A stretch of DNA of 16,721 bases, taken from positions 1 to 16,721 of the IMG/VR virus record IMGVR_UViG_2617270976_000017. One strand, 5' to 3'. Positions 7,778 through 16,030 of the stretch are shown here, piece after piece. Every line of letters begins with the position of its first letter. Position 1 is the stretch's first letter. The DNA comes from a virus. Taxonomy: Duplodnaviria > Heunggongvirae > Uroviricota > Caudoviricetes. The position numbers and the translations under genes are program-made. The notes below the pieces were generated by a model. That model made no database searches and had not been told where the DNA came from. It worked only from the letters and a program-made list of their open reading frames with translations.

Positions 7778-8316
7778 AAACGGGGGCCGAAGCCATCCGG
7801 GCGCTGGCCATGCAGATCCCGGCGTTTCGTCAGAAGCTGAGCGACGGCTGGTATCAGGTACGCATTGCCGGGCGTGATACAGGTGAAACGGAATTATCAG
7901 CCCGTCTTAATGAACCGCTGGCAAATGGTGCTGTGATCCATATCGTGCCGCGTCTGGCAGGAGCCAAAAGTGGCGGTGTGTTTCAGGCTGTGCTGGGGGC
8001 GGCTGTTATGGCGGTTGCTATATGGATGCCGGGGGTAGGAATTATGGCGAGTAATCTGCTGTTTTCTCTCGGTGCCAGTATGACGCTTGGCGGTGTTGCA
8101 CAGATGCTGGCCCCTAAACCCAAAACCCCCCGCACACAGACAACGGATAACGGCAAACAGAACACCTATTTCTCTTCACTGGATAACATGGTTGCCCAGG
8201 GCAATGTTCTGCCTGTTCTGTACGGTGAAATGCGCGTGGGGTCACGTGTGGCATCTCAGGAGATCAGCACGGCAGATGAAGGGGATGGTGGTCAGGTTGT
8301 GGTAATTGGGCGGTAA
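7675..8316 (+). CDS. I: tail assembly protein I (lambda gpI homolog)
   Basis: MAATHTLPLASPGMARICLYGDLQRFGRRIDLRVKTGAEAIRALA... and C-terminal ...NVLPVLYGEMRVGSRV.SQEISTADEGDGGQVVVIGR match lambda gpI. Confidence 0.9.
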   Translation: MAATHTLPLASPGMARICLYGDLQRFGRRIDLRVKTGAEAIRALAMQIPAFRQKLSDGWYQVRIAGRDTGETELSARLNEPLANGAVIHIVPRLAGAKSGGVFQAVLGAAVMAVAIWMPGVGIMASNLLFSLGASMTLGGVAQMLAPKPKTPRTQTTDNGKQNTYFSSLDNMVAQGNVLPVLYGEMRVGSRVASQEISTADEGDGGQVVVIGR

Positions 8317-8388
8317 TATTATTTACTCATGTTCTAACTGATTTAATATTTATATCGAACACTGATAATTATTCTATTGGTTAGCTAT

Positions 8389-8727
8389 ATGAACAAAACG
8401 ATTTTATTCTGCACGATTATTGCCTTAACAGGATGTAAATCTTTGGATTACGTAAAATCCGGAAAACCTGTAATGGAAGGTAATTCATTAAAAAATATTG
8501 ATGAATTGTCAGGCTGCATATCCAGACAATGGGCTGGTAATGGAACACCTATAACATCCCTTCCTATTGAGAATGGGGTAAGCCTTTTAGTTCCACAGGC
8601 TATGGGGGGATATGATGTTGTGCTTGATATCAAAAAAGCAGGAAATGGCAGTAGTTTTACTCTTTATGAACGTGTACCAGCATTAACGCCAAAAATTTTT
8701 GCTGATAGTGTTAATGCATGTAAATAA
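8389..8727 (+). CDS. small predicted lipoprotein (signal peptide MNKTILFCTIIALTG-C, lipobox LTGC); accessory gene inserted between I and J
   Basis: ORF with N-terminal hydrophobic segment ending in L-T-G-C; markedly AT-rich relative to flanking I and J; followed by a hairpin terminator. Start placed at ATG 8389; weak RBS. Confidence 0.6.
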   Translation: MNKTILFCTIIALTGCKSLDYVKSGKPVMEGNSLKNIDELSGCISRQWAGNGTPITSLPIENGVSLLVPQAMGGYDVVLDIKKAGNGSSFTLYERVPALTPKIFADSVNACK

Positions 8728-8750
8728 TAGTTAATCCTGCTGTAACTCAT

Positions 8751-8780
8751 GAGCCGCCTTTTGGGCGGCTTTGTTGTTTA
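8751..8780 (+). terminator. rho-independent terminator-like hairpin (GAGCCGCC-TTTT-GGGCGGCT) plus T-rich tail
   Basis: 8-bp GC-rich stem (one mismatch) with 4-nt loop followed by TTGTTGTTT, directly after the lipoprotein stop. Confidence 0.55.
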
Positions 8781-8793
8781 TGGAGTGTGAGGA

Positions 8794-10186
8794 ATGGGTA
8801 AAGGAAGCAGTAAGGGGCATACCCCGCGCGAAGCGAAGGACAACCTGAAATCCACGCAATTACTGAGTGTGATCGATGCCATCAGCGAAGGGCCGATTGA
8901 AGGTCCGGTGGATGGATTAAAAAGCGTGCTGCTGAACAGTACACCGGTGCTGGACAGTGAGGGGAATACCAACATCTCCGGTGTCACGGTGGTGTTCCGG
9001 GCAGGTGAGCAGGAGCAGACACCGCCGGAGGGATTTGAATCCTCCGGTTCCGAGACGGTGCTGGGTACGGAAGTGAAATACGACACGCCGATCACCCGGA
9101 CCATCACGTCTGCAAACATCGACCGTCTGCGCTTTACCTTCGGTGTGCAGGCTCTGGTGGAAACCACCTCAAAGGGGGACCGGAATCCGTCGGAAGTCCG
9201 CCTGCTGGTTCAGATACAACGTAACGGTGGCTGGGTGACGGAAAAAGACATCACCATTAAGGGCAAAACCACCTCGCAGTATCTGGCCTCGGTGGTGGTG
9301 GGTAACCTGCCGCCGCGCCCGTTTAATATCCGGATGCGCAGAATGACGCCGGACAGCACCACAGACCAGCTGCAGAACAAAACGCTCTGGTCGTCATACA
9401 CCGAAATCATCGATGTGAAACAGTGCTATCGGTGCCGGTATTGAGAATACGCCAGCAGGAATGCAGAGTCAGGTGCTGCTGGCGGCAGACAGGATTGCGA
9501 TGATTAATCCTGCGAATGGCAACACAAAGCCGATGTTTGTTGGTCAGGGCGATCAGATATTTATGAATGAAGTGTTCCTGAAATATCTGACGGCTCCCAC
9601 CATTACCAGCGGCGGTAATCCTCCGGCATTTTCCCTGACACCGGACGGGCGGCTGACGGCGAAAAATGCCGATATCAGCGGTAACGTGAATGCGAACTCC
9701 GGGACGCTCAACAACGTCACGATTAACGAGAACTGTCGGGTTCTGGGAAAATTGTCCGCGAACCAGATTGAAGGCGATCTCGTTAAAACAGTGGGCAAAG
9801 CTTTCCCCCGGGACTCCCGTGCACCGGAGCGGTGGCCATCAGGAACCATTACCGTCAGGGTTTATGACGATCAGCCGTTTGACCGGCAGATTGTTATTCC
9901 GGCGGTGGCATTCAGCGGCGCTAAACATGAGAAAGAGCATACTGATATTTACTCCTCATGCCGTCTGATAGTGCGGAAAAACGGTGCTGAAATTTATAAC
10001 CGTACCGCGCTGGATAATACGCTGATTTACAGTGGTGTTATTGATATGCCTGCCGGTCACGGTCACATGACACTGGAGTTTTCGGTGTCAGCATGGCTGG
10101 TAAATAACTGGTATCCCACAGCAAGTATCAGCGATTTGCTGGTTGTGGTGATGAAGAAAGCCACTGCAGGCATCACGATTAGCTGA
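8794..10186 (+). pseudogene. J: tail tip/host specificity gene J, disrupted: N-terminal ~210 codons (8794..9444) joined out of frame to the C-terminal ~240 codons (9461..10186); central ~2 kb missing
   Basis: 8794..9444 matches lambda gpJ residues 1-~212 nearly residue for residue and then stops (..VKQCYRCRY*); 9461..10186 in another frame matches the gpJ C-terminal region (..[32 protein letters not shown]..) with a divergent extreme C-terminus. Confidence 0.8.
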
Positions 10187-10204
10187 ATTTTATAACCCAG
10201 ATAC

Positions 10205-10230
10205 GGGCGCCAGAAATGGCGCCTTTTTTA
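10205..10230 (+). terminator. rho-independent terminator-like hairpin (GGGCGCC-AGAAAT-GGCGCC) followed by TTTTTTA
   Basis: 6/7-bp GC stem, 6-nt loop, T6 tract, just after the J stop. Confidence 0.55.
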
Positions 10231-10253
10231 TTGCAGAAAAGCGAGAGGTAATT

Positions 10254-10853
10254 ATGCGTAAATTATGTGCTGTTATTTTGTCCGCAGTAGTCTGGCAGGT
10301 CGCCGCTGCTACGCCAGCGAGTGCAGCAGAACATCAGTCCACGCTGAGCGCGGGGTATCTCCATGCCTCGACGAACGTTCCCGGTAGTGATGATCTGAAC
10401 GGGATTAACGTGAAATACCGTTATGAGTTTACGGACGCGCTGGGGCTGATTACGTCCTTCAGTTATGCCAATGCTGAGGATGAGCAAAAAACGCGCTACA
10501 GCGATACCCGCTGGCATGAAGATTCCGTGCGTAACCGCTGGTTCAGCGTGATGGCGGGGCCGTCTGTACGCGTGAATGAATGGTTCAGCGCGTATGCGAT
10601 GGTGGGTGTGGCTTACAGCCGTGTGTCGACTTTCTCCGGGGATTATCTCCGCGTAACTGACAACAAGGGGAAAACGCACGATGTGCTGACCGGAAGTGAT
10701 GACGGTCGCCACAGCAACACGTCTCTGGCGTGGGGGGCTGGCGTGCAGTTTAATCCGACCGAATCCGTGACCATTGACCTTGCTTATGAAGGTTCCGGTA
10801 GTGGCGACTGGCGAACGGATGCATTTATTGTTGGTATCGGATACCGTTTCTGA
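10254..10853 (+). CDS. lom: outer membrane beta-barrel protein Lom (Ail/Lom/PagC family)
   Basis: Signal-peptide-like N-terminus, alternating beta-strand pattern, C-terminal ...GIGYRF; position between J and stf as in lambda. Confidence 0.85.
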   Translation: MRKLCAVILSAVVWQVAAATPASAAEHQSTLSAGYLHASTNVPGSDDLNGINVKYRYEFTDALGLITSFSYANAEDEQKTRYSDTRWHEDSVRNRWFSVMAGPSVRVNEWFSAYAMVGVAYSRVSTFSGDYLRVTDNKGKTHDVLTGSDDGRHSNTSLAWGAGVQFNPTESVTIDLAYEGSGSGDWRTDAFIVGIGYRF

Positions 10854-10958
10854 CAACAGACGCCGATTTATCTTCTGTAAATATTGTTATGATACGCAGG
10901 TTCATCCACCTTATGGGGTGAACTGCGTTTGAGGAAACGTAAAGTTACACTGTCCTGA

Positions 10959-10990
10959 AGCCCGTGGCGTCACTGCTGCGGGCTTTTTTT
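10959..10990 (+). terminator. terminator-like stem (AGCCCG...CGGGCT) followed by T7 tract
   Basis: 6-bp stem with a long (14-nt) loop and TTTTTTT immediately downstream; loop is long, so call is weak. Confidence 0.4.
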
Positions 10991-11004
10991 ATTGGTGGAA
11001 AAGT

Positions 11005-13911
11005 ATGACAGTAAAAATTTCTGGCGTGCTTAAAGATGGCACAGGAAAACCAGTACAGAACTGCACCATTGTGCTGAAGGCCAGACGAACCAGCAGCACG
11101 GTGGTGGTGAACACGGTGGCCTCTGAAAATCCGGATGAAGCCGGACGTTACAGCATGGATGTTGAGCATGGTCAGTACAGCGTCACCCTGCTGGTTGAAG
11201 GTTTTCCGCCTTCACATGCCGGGACCATTACCGTCTATGAAGGTTCCAGACCAGGTACGCTGAATGATTTTCTCGGTGCCATGACGGAGGATGATGTCCG
11301 ACCGGAGGCACTGCGCCGCTTTGAGCAGATGGTAGAAGAGGTGTCACGTAACGCCTCCGCGGTTGCACAGAATACGGCAGCCGCGAAAAAATCAGTCAGC
11401 GATGCCAGTGCATCAGCCAGCGAGGCGGCAACTCATGCAACCGATGCTGCAGCCTCAGCACGTGCCGCCAGCACGTCAGCCGGACAGGCCGCGTCGTCGG
11501 CTCAGTCAGCGTCTTCCAGCGCAGGAACGGCATCGACAAAGGCCCGTGAAGCAGCAAAAAGTGCTGCTGCTGCAGAGTCATCAAAAAGCGCGGCAGCTAC
11601 CAGCGCCAGTGCCGCGAAAACGTCAGAAACGAATGCCGCAGCATCACAAAAATCGGCAGCCACTTCTGCATCCACAGCGACCACGAAGGCGTCAGAAGCT
11701 GCCACCTCGGCACGGGGTGCGGCGGCCTCAAAAGAGGCAGCGAAATCTTCAGAAACGAATGCATCATCAAGTGCCAGTAGTGCAGCTTCCTCGGCAACGG
11801 CGGCAGGAAATTCCGCGAAGGCGGCAAAAACGTCCGAGACGAACGCTAAGTCTTCTGAAACAGCAGCGGGACAGAGCGCCTCAGCTGCGGCAGGTTCAAA
11901 AACAGCGGCTGCATTATCTGCCAGTGCCGCGTCAACAAGTGCCGGGCAGGCCTCAGCCAGTGCCACCGCCGCCGGAAAATCGGCAGAAAGCGCCGCATCA
12001 TCCGCTTCAACAGCCACAACGAAGGCTGGCAAAGCCACTGAGCAAGCCACTGCAGCAGCGAGGTCTGCTTCTGCAGCAAAAACCTCTGAAACAAATGCAA
12101 AGACTTCAGCAGACAATGCTGCTTCCTCTAAGGCGGCAGCCGCATCGTCAGCCAGTTCAGCGGCGTCATCGGCATCATCTGCGTCTGCTTCAAAAGATGA
12201 GGCGACCAGACAAGCGTCAGCAGCGAAAGGTAGTGCCACGACAGCAACAACGAAAGCATCAGAGGCAGCTGGTAGTGCGACGGCGGCAGCTCAGAGCAAA
12301 AGTACGGCGGAATCCGCGGCAACGCGCGCCGAGACAGCAGCAAAACGGGCAGAGGATATTGCATCCGCCGTGGCGCTGGAGGATGCGAGCACGACGAAAA
12401 AGGGGATAGTACAGCTCAGCAGTGCGACCAACAGCACTTCCGAGTCACTGGCGGCAACGCCAAAAGCGGTTAAGGCGGTAATGGGTGAAACGAACAAGAA
12501 AGCGCCCTTAAATAGTCCTGCACTGACCGGAACGCCAACAACACCAACTGCGCGACAGGGAACGAATAATACCCAAATCGCAAGCACGGCTTATGTTATG
12601 GCTGCGATCGCTGCCCTCGTGGACTCGTCGCCTGACGCACTGAATACGCTGAACGAGCTGGCTGCGGCGTTGGGCAACGACCCGAATTTTGCGACCACCA
12701 TGACTAGCGCGCTTGCGGGTAAGCAACCGAAAGATGCCACCCTGACGGCGCTGGCCGGGCTTGCTACTGCGGCAGACAGGTTTCCGTATTTTACGGGGAA
12801 TGATGTTGCCAGTCTGGCAATCCTGACAAAAGTTGGGCGGGATATTCTTGCGAAATCGACCGTTGCCGCCGTTATCGAATACCTCGGTTTACAGGAAACG
12901 GTAAACAAGGCTGGTAACGCCGTTCAGCGTTCCGGCGATAAAATGACCGGAGAACTGAAAATTGGCACGGTGAATGCGCTGCGAATTTTCAATGATGCCT
13001 TCGGTCTTATTTTCCGTCGTTCAGAAGATTTTCTTCATTTCATTCCGACGGCTGAAGGACAAGGCGAAAACGGTGATATCGGCCCATTAAGGCCATTCGC
13101 TATAAATCTGAGAACAGGTGCTATATCTGTCAGCCACGGGGCCAAAATTGATGGTGGGCTGGCGCTTGGTACAGATAACGCACTGGGCGGTAATTCCATT
13201 ACTCTCGGAGATAACGACACTGGTATTAAACAGGGCGGCGACGGTGTCCTTTTATTCTATTCAAATGGACAACTGGCATTTGGGCTTCAACCCGCATCTG
13301 CTGATTTTTATAAGCGGGTTGCATATATTCATCAGGGAATAATTCCTGATGGAAGTGGCGCATTTGCAGACCAGTTGAATAATGCCACCGCGCCTTTTGT
13401 TCAGACGCAGTTTGCCTGGAATCCCACTCCTGGTGGTCATTACGTGCCGATAGTTAAGGGCTTGTCCATTCGCAATGGACAGGGCTATCCCGGCGCGGTC
13501 AGCTTTGGGTATTTACTGACAGAACAGTATGGATTTCCGGTTCCATGTATTCATATGCGTGGCGATGGAGGTAATGATGCTTTATGGTATTTTAACCCGA
13601 ACGATAAATCCTTTATTTCACCGGGTGCTCTTATTGCGGGTGGCGTCCGTTATAACACCGATGGAAATATATTTGGTGGGTGCTGGGGTTCAAACTTAAA
13701 TGATTACCTGAATAGTTCTTTTATCAGAAATGTGCGTCTGGGAGGCAGACGTTCTGACACATTATATCGCGGAGGACTTTGCGAACCAGGTAATGGTCAT
13801 GTGACAACAGGATTGCAAATTATTGGTGAGGTTGATGGAGATGACTGGATGGTGTCACGACCACTACAAAAATACATTTCTGGTAACTGGTATAACGTTG
13901 AACAGGCATAG
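11005..13911 (+). CDS. stf: side tail fibre protein (Stf family), 968 aa, with Ala/Ser-rich repetitive shaft
   Basis: N-terminus MTVKISGVLKDGTGKP.QNCTIVLKARRTSSTVV and ...YSVTLLVEGFPPSHAGTITVYE match the conserved Stf N-domain; long A/S-rich repeat region; C-terminal tip ...PLQKYISGNWYNVEQA. Confidence 0.9.
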   Translation: MTVKISGVLKDGTGKPVQNCTIVLKARRTSSTVVVNTVASENPDEAGRYSMDVEHGQYSVTLLVEGFPPSHAGTITVYEGSRPGTLNDFLGAMTEDDVRPEALRRFEQMVEEVSRNASAVAQNTAAAKKSVSDASASASEAATHATDAAASARAASTSAGQAASSAQSASSSAGTASTKAREAAKSAAAAESSKSAAATSASAAKTSETNAAASQKSAATSASTATTKASEAATSARGAAASKEAAKSSETNASSSASSAASSATAAGNSAKAAKTSETNAKSSETAAGQSASAAAGSKTAAALSASAASTSAGQASASATAAGKSAESAASSASTATTKAGKATEQATAAARSASAAKTSETNAKTSADNAASSKAAAASSASSAASSASSASASKDEATRQASAAKGSATTATTKASEAAGSATAAAQSKSTAESAATRAETAAKRAEDIASAVALEDASTTKKGIVQLSSATNSTSESLAATPKAVKAVMGETNKKAPLNSPALTGTPTTPTARQGTNNTQIASTAYVMAAIAALVDSSPDALNTLNELAAALGNDPNFATTMTSALAGKQPKDATLTALAGLATAADRFPYFTGNDVASLAILTKVGRDILAKSTVAAVIEYLGLQETVNKAGNAVQRSGDKMTGELKIGTVNALRIFNDAFGLIFRRSEDFLHFIPTAEGQGENGDIGPLRPFAINLRTGAISVSHGAKIDGGLALGTDNALGGNSITLGDNDTGIKQGGDGVLLFYSNGQLAFGLQPASADFYKRVAYIHQGIIPDGSGAFADQLNNATAPFVQTQFAWNPTPGGHYVPIVKGLSIRNGQGYPGAVSFGYLLTEQYGFPVPCIHMRGDGGNDALWYFNPNDKSFISPGALIAGGVRYNTDGNIFGGCWGSNLNDYLNSSFIRNVRLGGRRSDTLYRGGLCEPGNGHVTTGLQIIGEVDGDDWMVSRPLQKYISGNWYNVEQA
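11350..12370 (+). repeat. intragenic tandem-repeat region of stf encoding the Ala/Ser-rich shaft (recurring ..AAKTSETNA.. units)
   Basis: Repeated nucleotide blocks such as gcgaaaacgtcagaaacgaatgc / gcaaaaacgtccgagacgaacgc / gcaaaaacctctgaaacaaatgc recur at ~11615, ~11745, ~11825, ~12075. Confidence 0.6.
12872..12897 (+). other. 26-bp recombination (crossover) site of a Gin/Pin/Cin/Hin-type inversion system, inside stf
   Basis: TTATCGAATACCTCGGTTTACAGGAA closely resembles the gix/pix-type crossover sites as I recall them and is an inverted copy (22/26) of the site at 15951..15976. Confidence 0.65.
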
Positions 13912-13926
13912 CCATCAGGAGAATAT

Positions 13927-14454
13927 ATGCAACATCTGAAAAATATTACCGCCGGAAACCCCAAAACCATTGAGCAGTATCAGCTTACGAAAAAAGCTGG
14001 CGTTATCTGGCTATATACAGAAGACGGTAAAAACTGGTATGACGAATTAAAAAACTTTCAGGATGATACTTTAAAAATAGCTTATGACCAGAAGGGGATT
14101 ATTCGTTGTATTGAGAAAGACGTATCAATGCTTAACCCTGACGGGTTAAGTGTTGTTGAGTTACCGAATATAACAGCCAACCGTCGCGCCGATATCTCGG
14201 GAAACTGGAAGTTTCTGGATGGTAAAGTAGTAAAGCGGGAATATACAAAACAGGAACTGCAACAGCAGGCAGAGTTACAAAAAGCCGCTTTGCTTTCCGA
14301 AGCGGAGTCTGTGATTCAACCGCTGGAACGTGCTGTCAGACTGAATATGGCAACTGATGAGGAACGCACACGACTGGAATCATGGGAACGCTACAGCGTT
14401 ATGGTCAGCCGTGTGGATACTGCAAAGCCTGAATGGCCACAGAAACCAGAATAA
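13927..14454 (+). CDS. tfa: tail fibre assembly protein (Tfa family)
   Basis: 175-aa ORF directly after stf with good RBS (CAGGAGA); N-terminal half matches the conserved Tfa pattern and is paralogous to the inverted ORF at 14485..15018. Confidence 0.85.
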   Translation: MQHLKNITAGNPKTIEQYQLTKKAGVIWLYTEDGKNWYDELKNFQDDTLKIAYDQKGIIRCIEKDVSMLNPDGLSVVELPNITANRRADISGNWKFLDGKVVKREYTKQELQQQAELQKAALLSEAESVIQPLERAVRLNMATDEERTRLESWERYSVMVSRVDTAKPEWPQKPE

Positions 14455-14465
14455 CAACAAATTAA

Positions 14466-14485
14466 GGCCCGTACGGGCCTTTTCT
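14466..14485. terminator. bidirectional terminator hairpin (GGCCCG-TA-CGGGCC) between the convergent tfa genes
   Basis: Perfect 6-bp GC stem with T-rich flanks on both strands, located between the stop codons of the two convergent tfa genes. Confidence 0.5.
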
Positions 14486-15018
14486 TATTCTGGTGGTTCC
14501 GGGAATGTTACAGGAAGAACCGAGGTATCAGTTGTCTCAACCTGTTGCACGTATCGCATCCAGTTCATCAGTTGCTGTCTGTCTGAATCAGTGATAATCC
14601 CCAAAGTAAGCTGTGTTTGCCAGAACTGCGTTTTTTCTCTGGCCTGCTGTAATAATATTTTTTTCTGGTTTTCCGTCTGTAGGCGCAACTCTTCTTCGGT
14701 ATATACACGTTTAATGACTGCGCCATCTTTAAACATCCATTTACCTGAGTCGTCAGCACGCCGGTTGGCGGTAATATCAGGAATCTCAACGACGCTATAA
14801 CCTTCAGGGTTAAGTGTGGAGGCATCTTTGGTTATGGCAACAATAATATTATTTTCATCGTAAACAATCTTTATGGTGTCTGGCTGAAAGTTTTTCACTT
14901 CCTCATACCAGTTTTTTCCGTCCTCAGAGTAAAGCCAGATAACTCCGTGTTTCTTTGTTAACTCATACTGTTCCAGTGTTTTAGCATTACCCGCTTTTAT
15001 GTTCTTTAAGTGCATCAT
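14485..15018 (-). CDS. tfa: tail fibre assembly protein, second copy in inverted orientation (Tfa')
   Basis: [45 protein letters not shown]... is clearly paralogous to the + strand Tfa ([45 protein letters not shown]...). Confidence 0.85.
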   Translation of the reverse strand: MMHLKNIKAGNAKTLEQYELTKKHGVIWLYSEDGKNWYEEVKNFQPDTIKIVYDENNIIVAITKDASTLNPEGYSVVEIPDITANRRADDSGKWMFKDGAVIKRVYTEEELRLQTENQKKILLQQAREKTQFWQTQLTLGIITDSDRQQLMNWMRYVQQVETTDTSVLPVTFPEPPE

Positions 15019-15019
15019 A

Positions 15020-15523
15020 TTAAACGCTCGCTACATTATACCAGGTGCCATTTATATACTTTTGAACGGGTCTGTAATAAACGCCCGCTATATTATCGGC
15101 AGAGTTAGACCCTGTATCCTGAACATTAATACCAGACAATACATGACCTGAAGGGCACTGGAAATTCCATGTTTGCCAGTTGTTCACTCCATAATATTGC
15201 TGTGAACCAAGTCGAACATCTTTCACATAACGGGAATCAAAGTTACCGTAATCCGAGGGGTTAACACGCCCTGTAATATTTATGGTTTTATTACTTTGAA
15301 TGCTTCCGGAGACAAAGCGCATAACATGGACGTTATTAGCATAAACATCCAGATTACCATCGCCATTTTGTTTAAAGCCCGTGTCATTATCACCCAATAC
15401 AATCGAATTACCGCCAAGAGCACTGGATGTTCCGATACCCAGTGCACCATTCAGTTGACCACCAGATAACGGCAGTGATAGAAACAGAAGCCACTGGAGC
15501 ACCTCAAAAACACCATCATACAC
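15020..15523 (-). CDS. stf: alternative side tail fibre C-terminal (receptor-binding) segment, inverted orientation (StfE-like fragment)
   Basis: Contains ..[22 protein letters not shown].. and C-terminal ..[16 protein letters not shown], paralogous to the stf tip (..ALGGNSITLGDNDTGIKQGGDG.. / ..PLQKYISGNWYNVEQA); stop abuts tfa' start. Confidence 0.75.
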   Translation of the reverse strand: MYDGVFEVLQWLLFLSLPLSGGQLNGALGIGTSSALGGNSIVLGDNDTGFKQNGDGNLDVYANNVHVMRFVSGSIQSNKTINITGRVNPSDYGNFDSRYVKDVRLGSQQYYGVNNWQTWNFQCPSGHVLSGINVQDTGSNSADNIAGVYYRPVQKYINGTWYNVASV

Positions 15524-15587
15524 TAAATCAGTAAGTTGGCAGCATCACCCACGGGCTGAACGATAAAAAATACCGCCATTTTTATAA

Positions 15588-15962
15588 TTAATCCAAAAAC
15601 TGAGCTGCAGGACAACTTCCTTCTCCCATATAAAAATGAATAATTAACGTTGATGCACCACTAATAGTTGCGTTATAGGCTCCGCTACTCCAGTTCCATC
15701 CAACTGCTTTATCATTCGCAACGGTGCTTCCTGTTTTCCCTAAGGCAAACGCACCAACATGACTTGCTTTTAATGTGATATCGGAGGAACCATCAAAAGC
15801 CACATTGCTTATTTTCCTGGCAGTTTTTAATTTTGCAGCTGTAGAAGCATTGCCGGATAGTTCACCAGAAAGGCCACCGCTGAATGTTTGTCGATTAGTC
15901 CAGGTATTCGCTGTACTGAGTAACGGTATTTTCTCCCCGCTTGTGCCGAGTTCTCGTAAACC
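15588..15962 (-). pseudogene. proximal part of the alternative stf variable segment, in frame with the crossover site but separated from the distal part (15020..15523) by stops in all frames
   Basis: Reading the minus strand from the crossover site at 15962 gives an open frame (GLRELGTSGEKIPLL...GSCPAAQFLD) ending at TAA 15588-15590; the downstream tip ORF is in a different frame. Confidence 0.45.
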
Positions 15963-15976
15963 GAGGTTTTAGATAA
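15951..15976 (+). other. second 26-bp crossover site, inverted relative to 12872..12897
   Basis: TTCTCGTAAACCGAGGTTTTAGATAA; its reverse complement TTATCTAAAACCTCGGTTTACGAGAA matches the stf-internal site at 22/26 positions with an identical central ACCTCGGTTTAC core. Confidence 0.65.
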
Positions 15977-16030
15977 TGGCGGTTTCTGGCCTGCATGGCA
16001 TGATTTGTGCTTTTGGACGGGAGATTCAGC

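Larger units (their letters stand above)
12898..15950. other. invertible DNA segment (about 3.05 kb) carrying alternative tail fibre C-termini and their tfa chaperones
   Basis: Bounded by the two inverted 26-bp sites; contains stf 3' part + tfa on + strand and tfa' + stf' on - strand in mirror arrangement, as in Mu G / P1 C / e14 P segments. Confidence 0.6.

Noticed and set aside
10263-10856. 197-aa minus-strand ORF covering lom
   Set aside because: Lom homology and signal peptide are on the + strand; the antisense ORF is a shadow ORF.
11350-12370. Possible CRISPR-like or intergenic repeat array
   Set aside because: The periodicity is imperfect, lies within a continuous open reading frame and encodes the Stf shaft; there are no uniform direct repeats separated by unique spacers and no cas genes.
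11363-12409. 348-aa Arg/Gln/Pro-rich ORF in an alternative + frame, and the 245-aa Ala-rich ORF on the minus strand (11502..12239)
   Set aside because: Both lie entirely inside stf and result from reading its repetitive GC-rich Ala/Ser codons out of frame or in reverse; stf homology is unambiguous in its own frame.
14357-14800. 147-aa + strand ORF bridging tfa 3' end, the terminator and the antisense of tfa'
   Set aside because: Crosses a terminator hairpin and is antisense to a clearly conserved Tfa paralog; low-complexity product.
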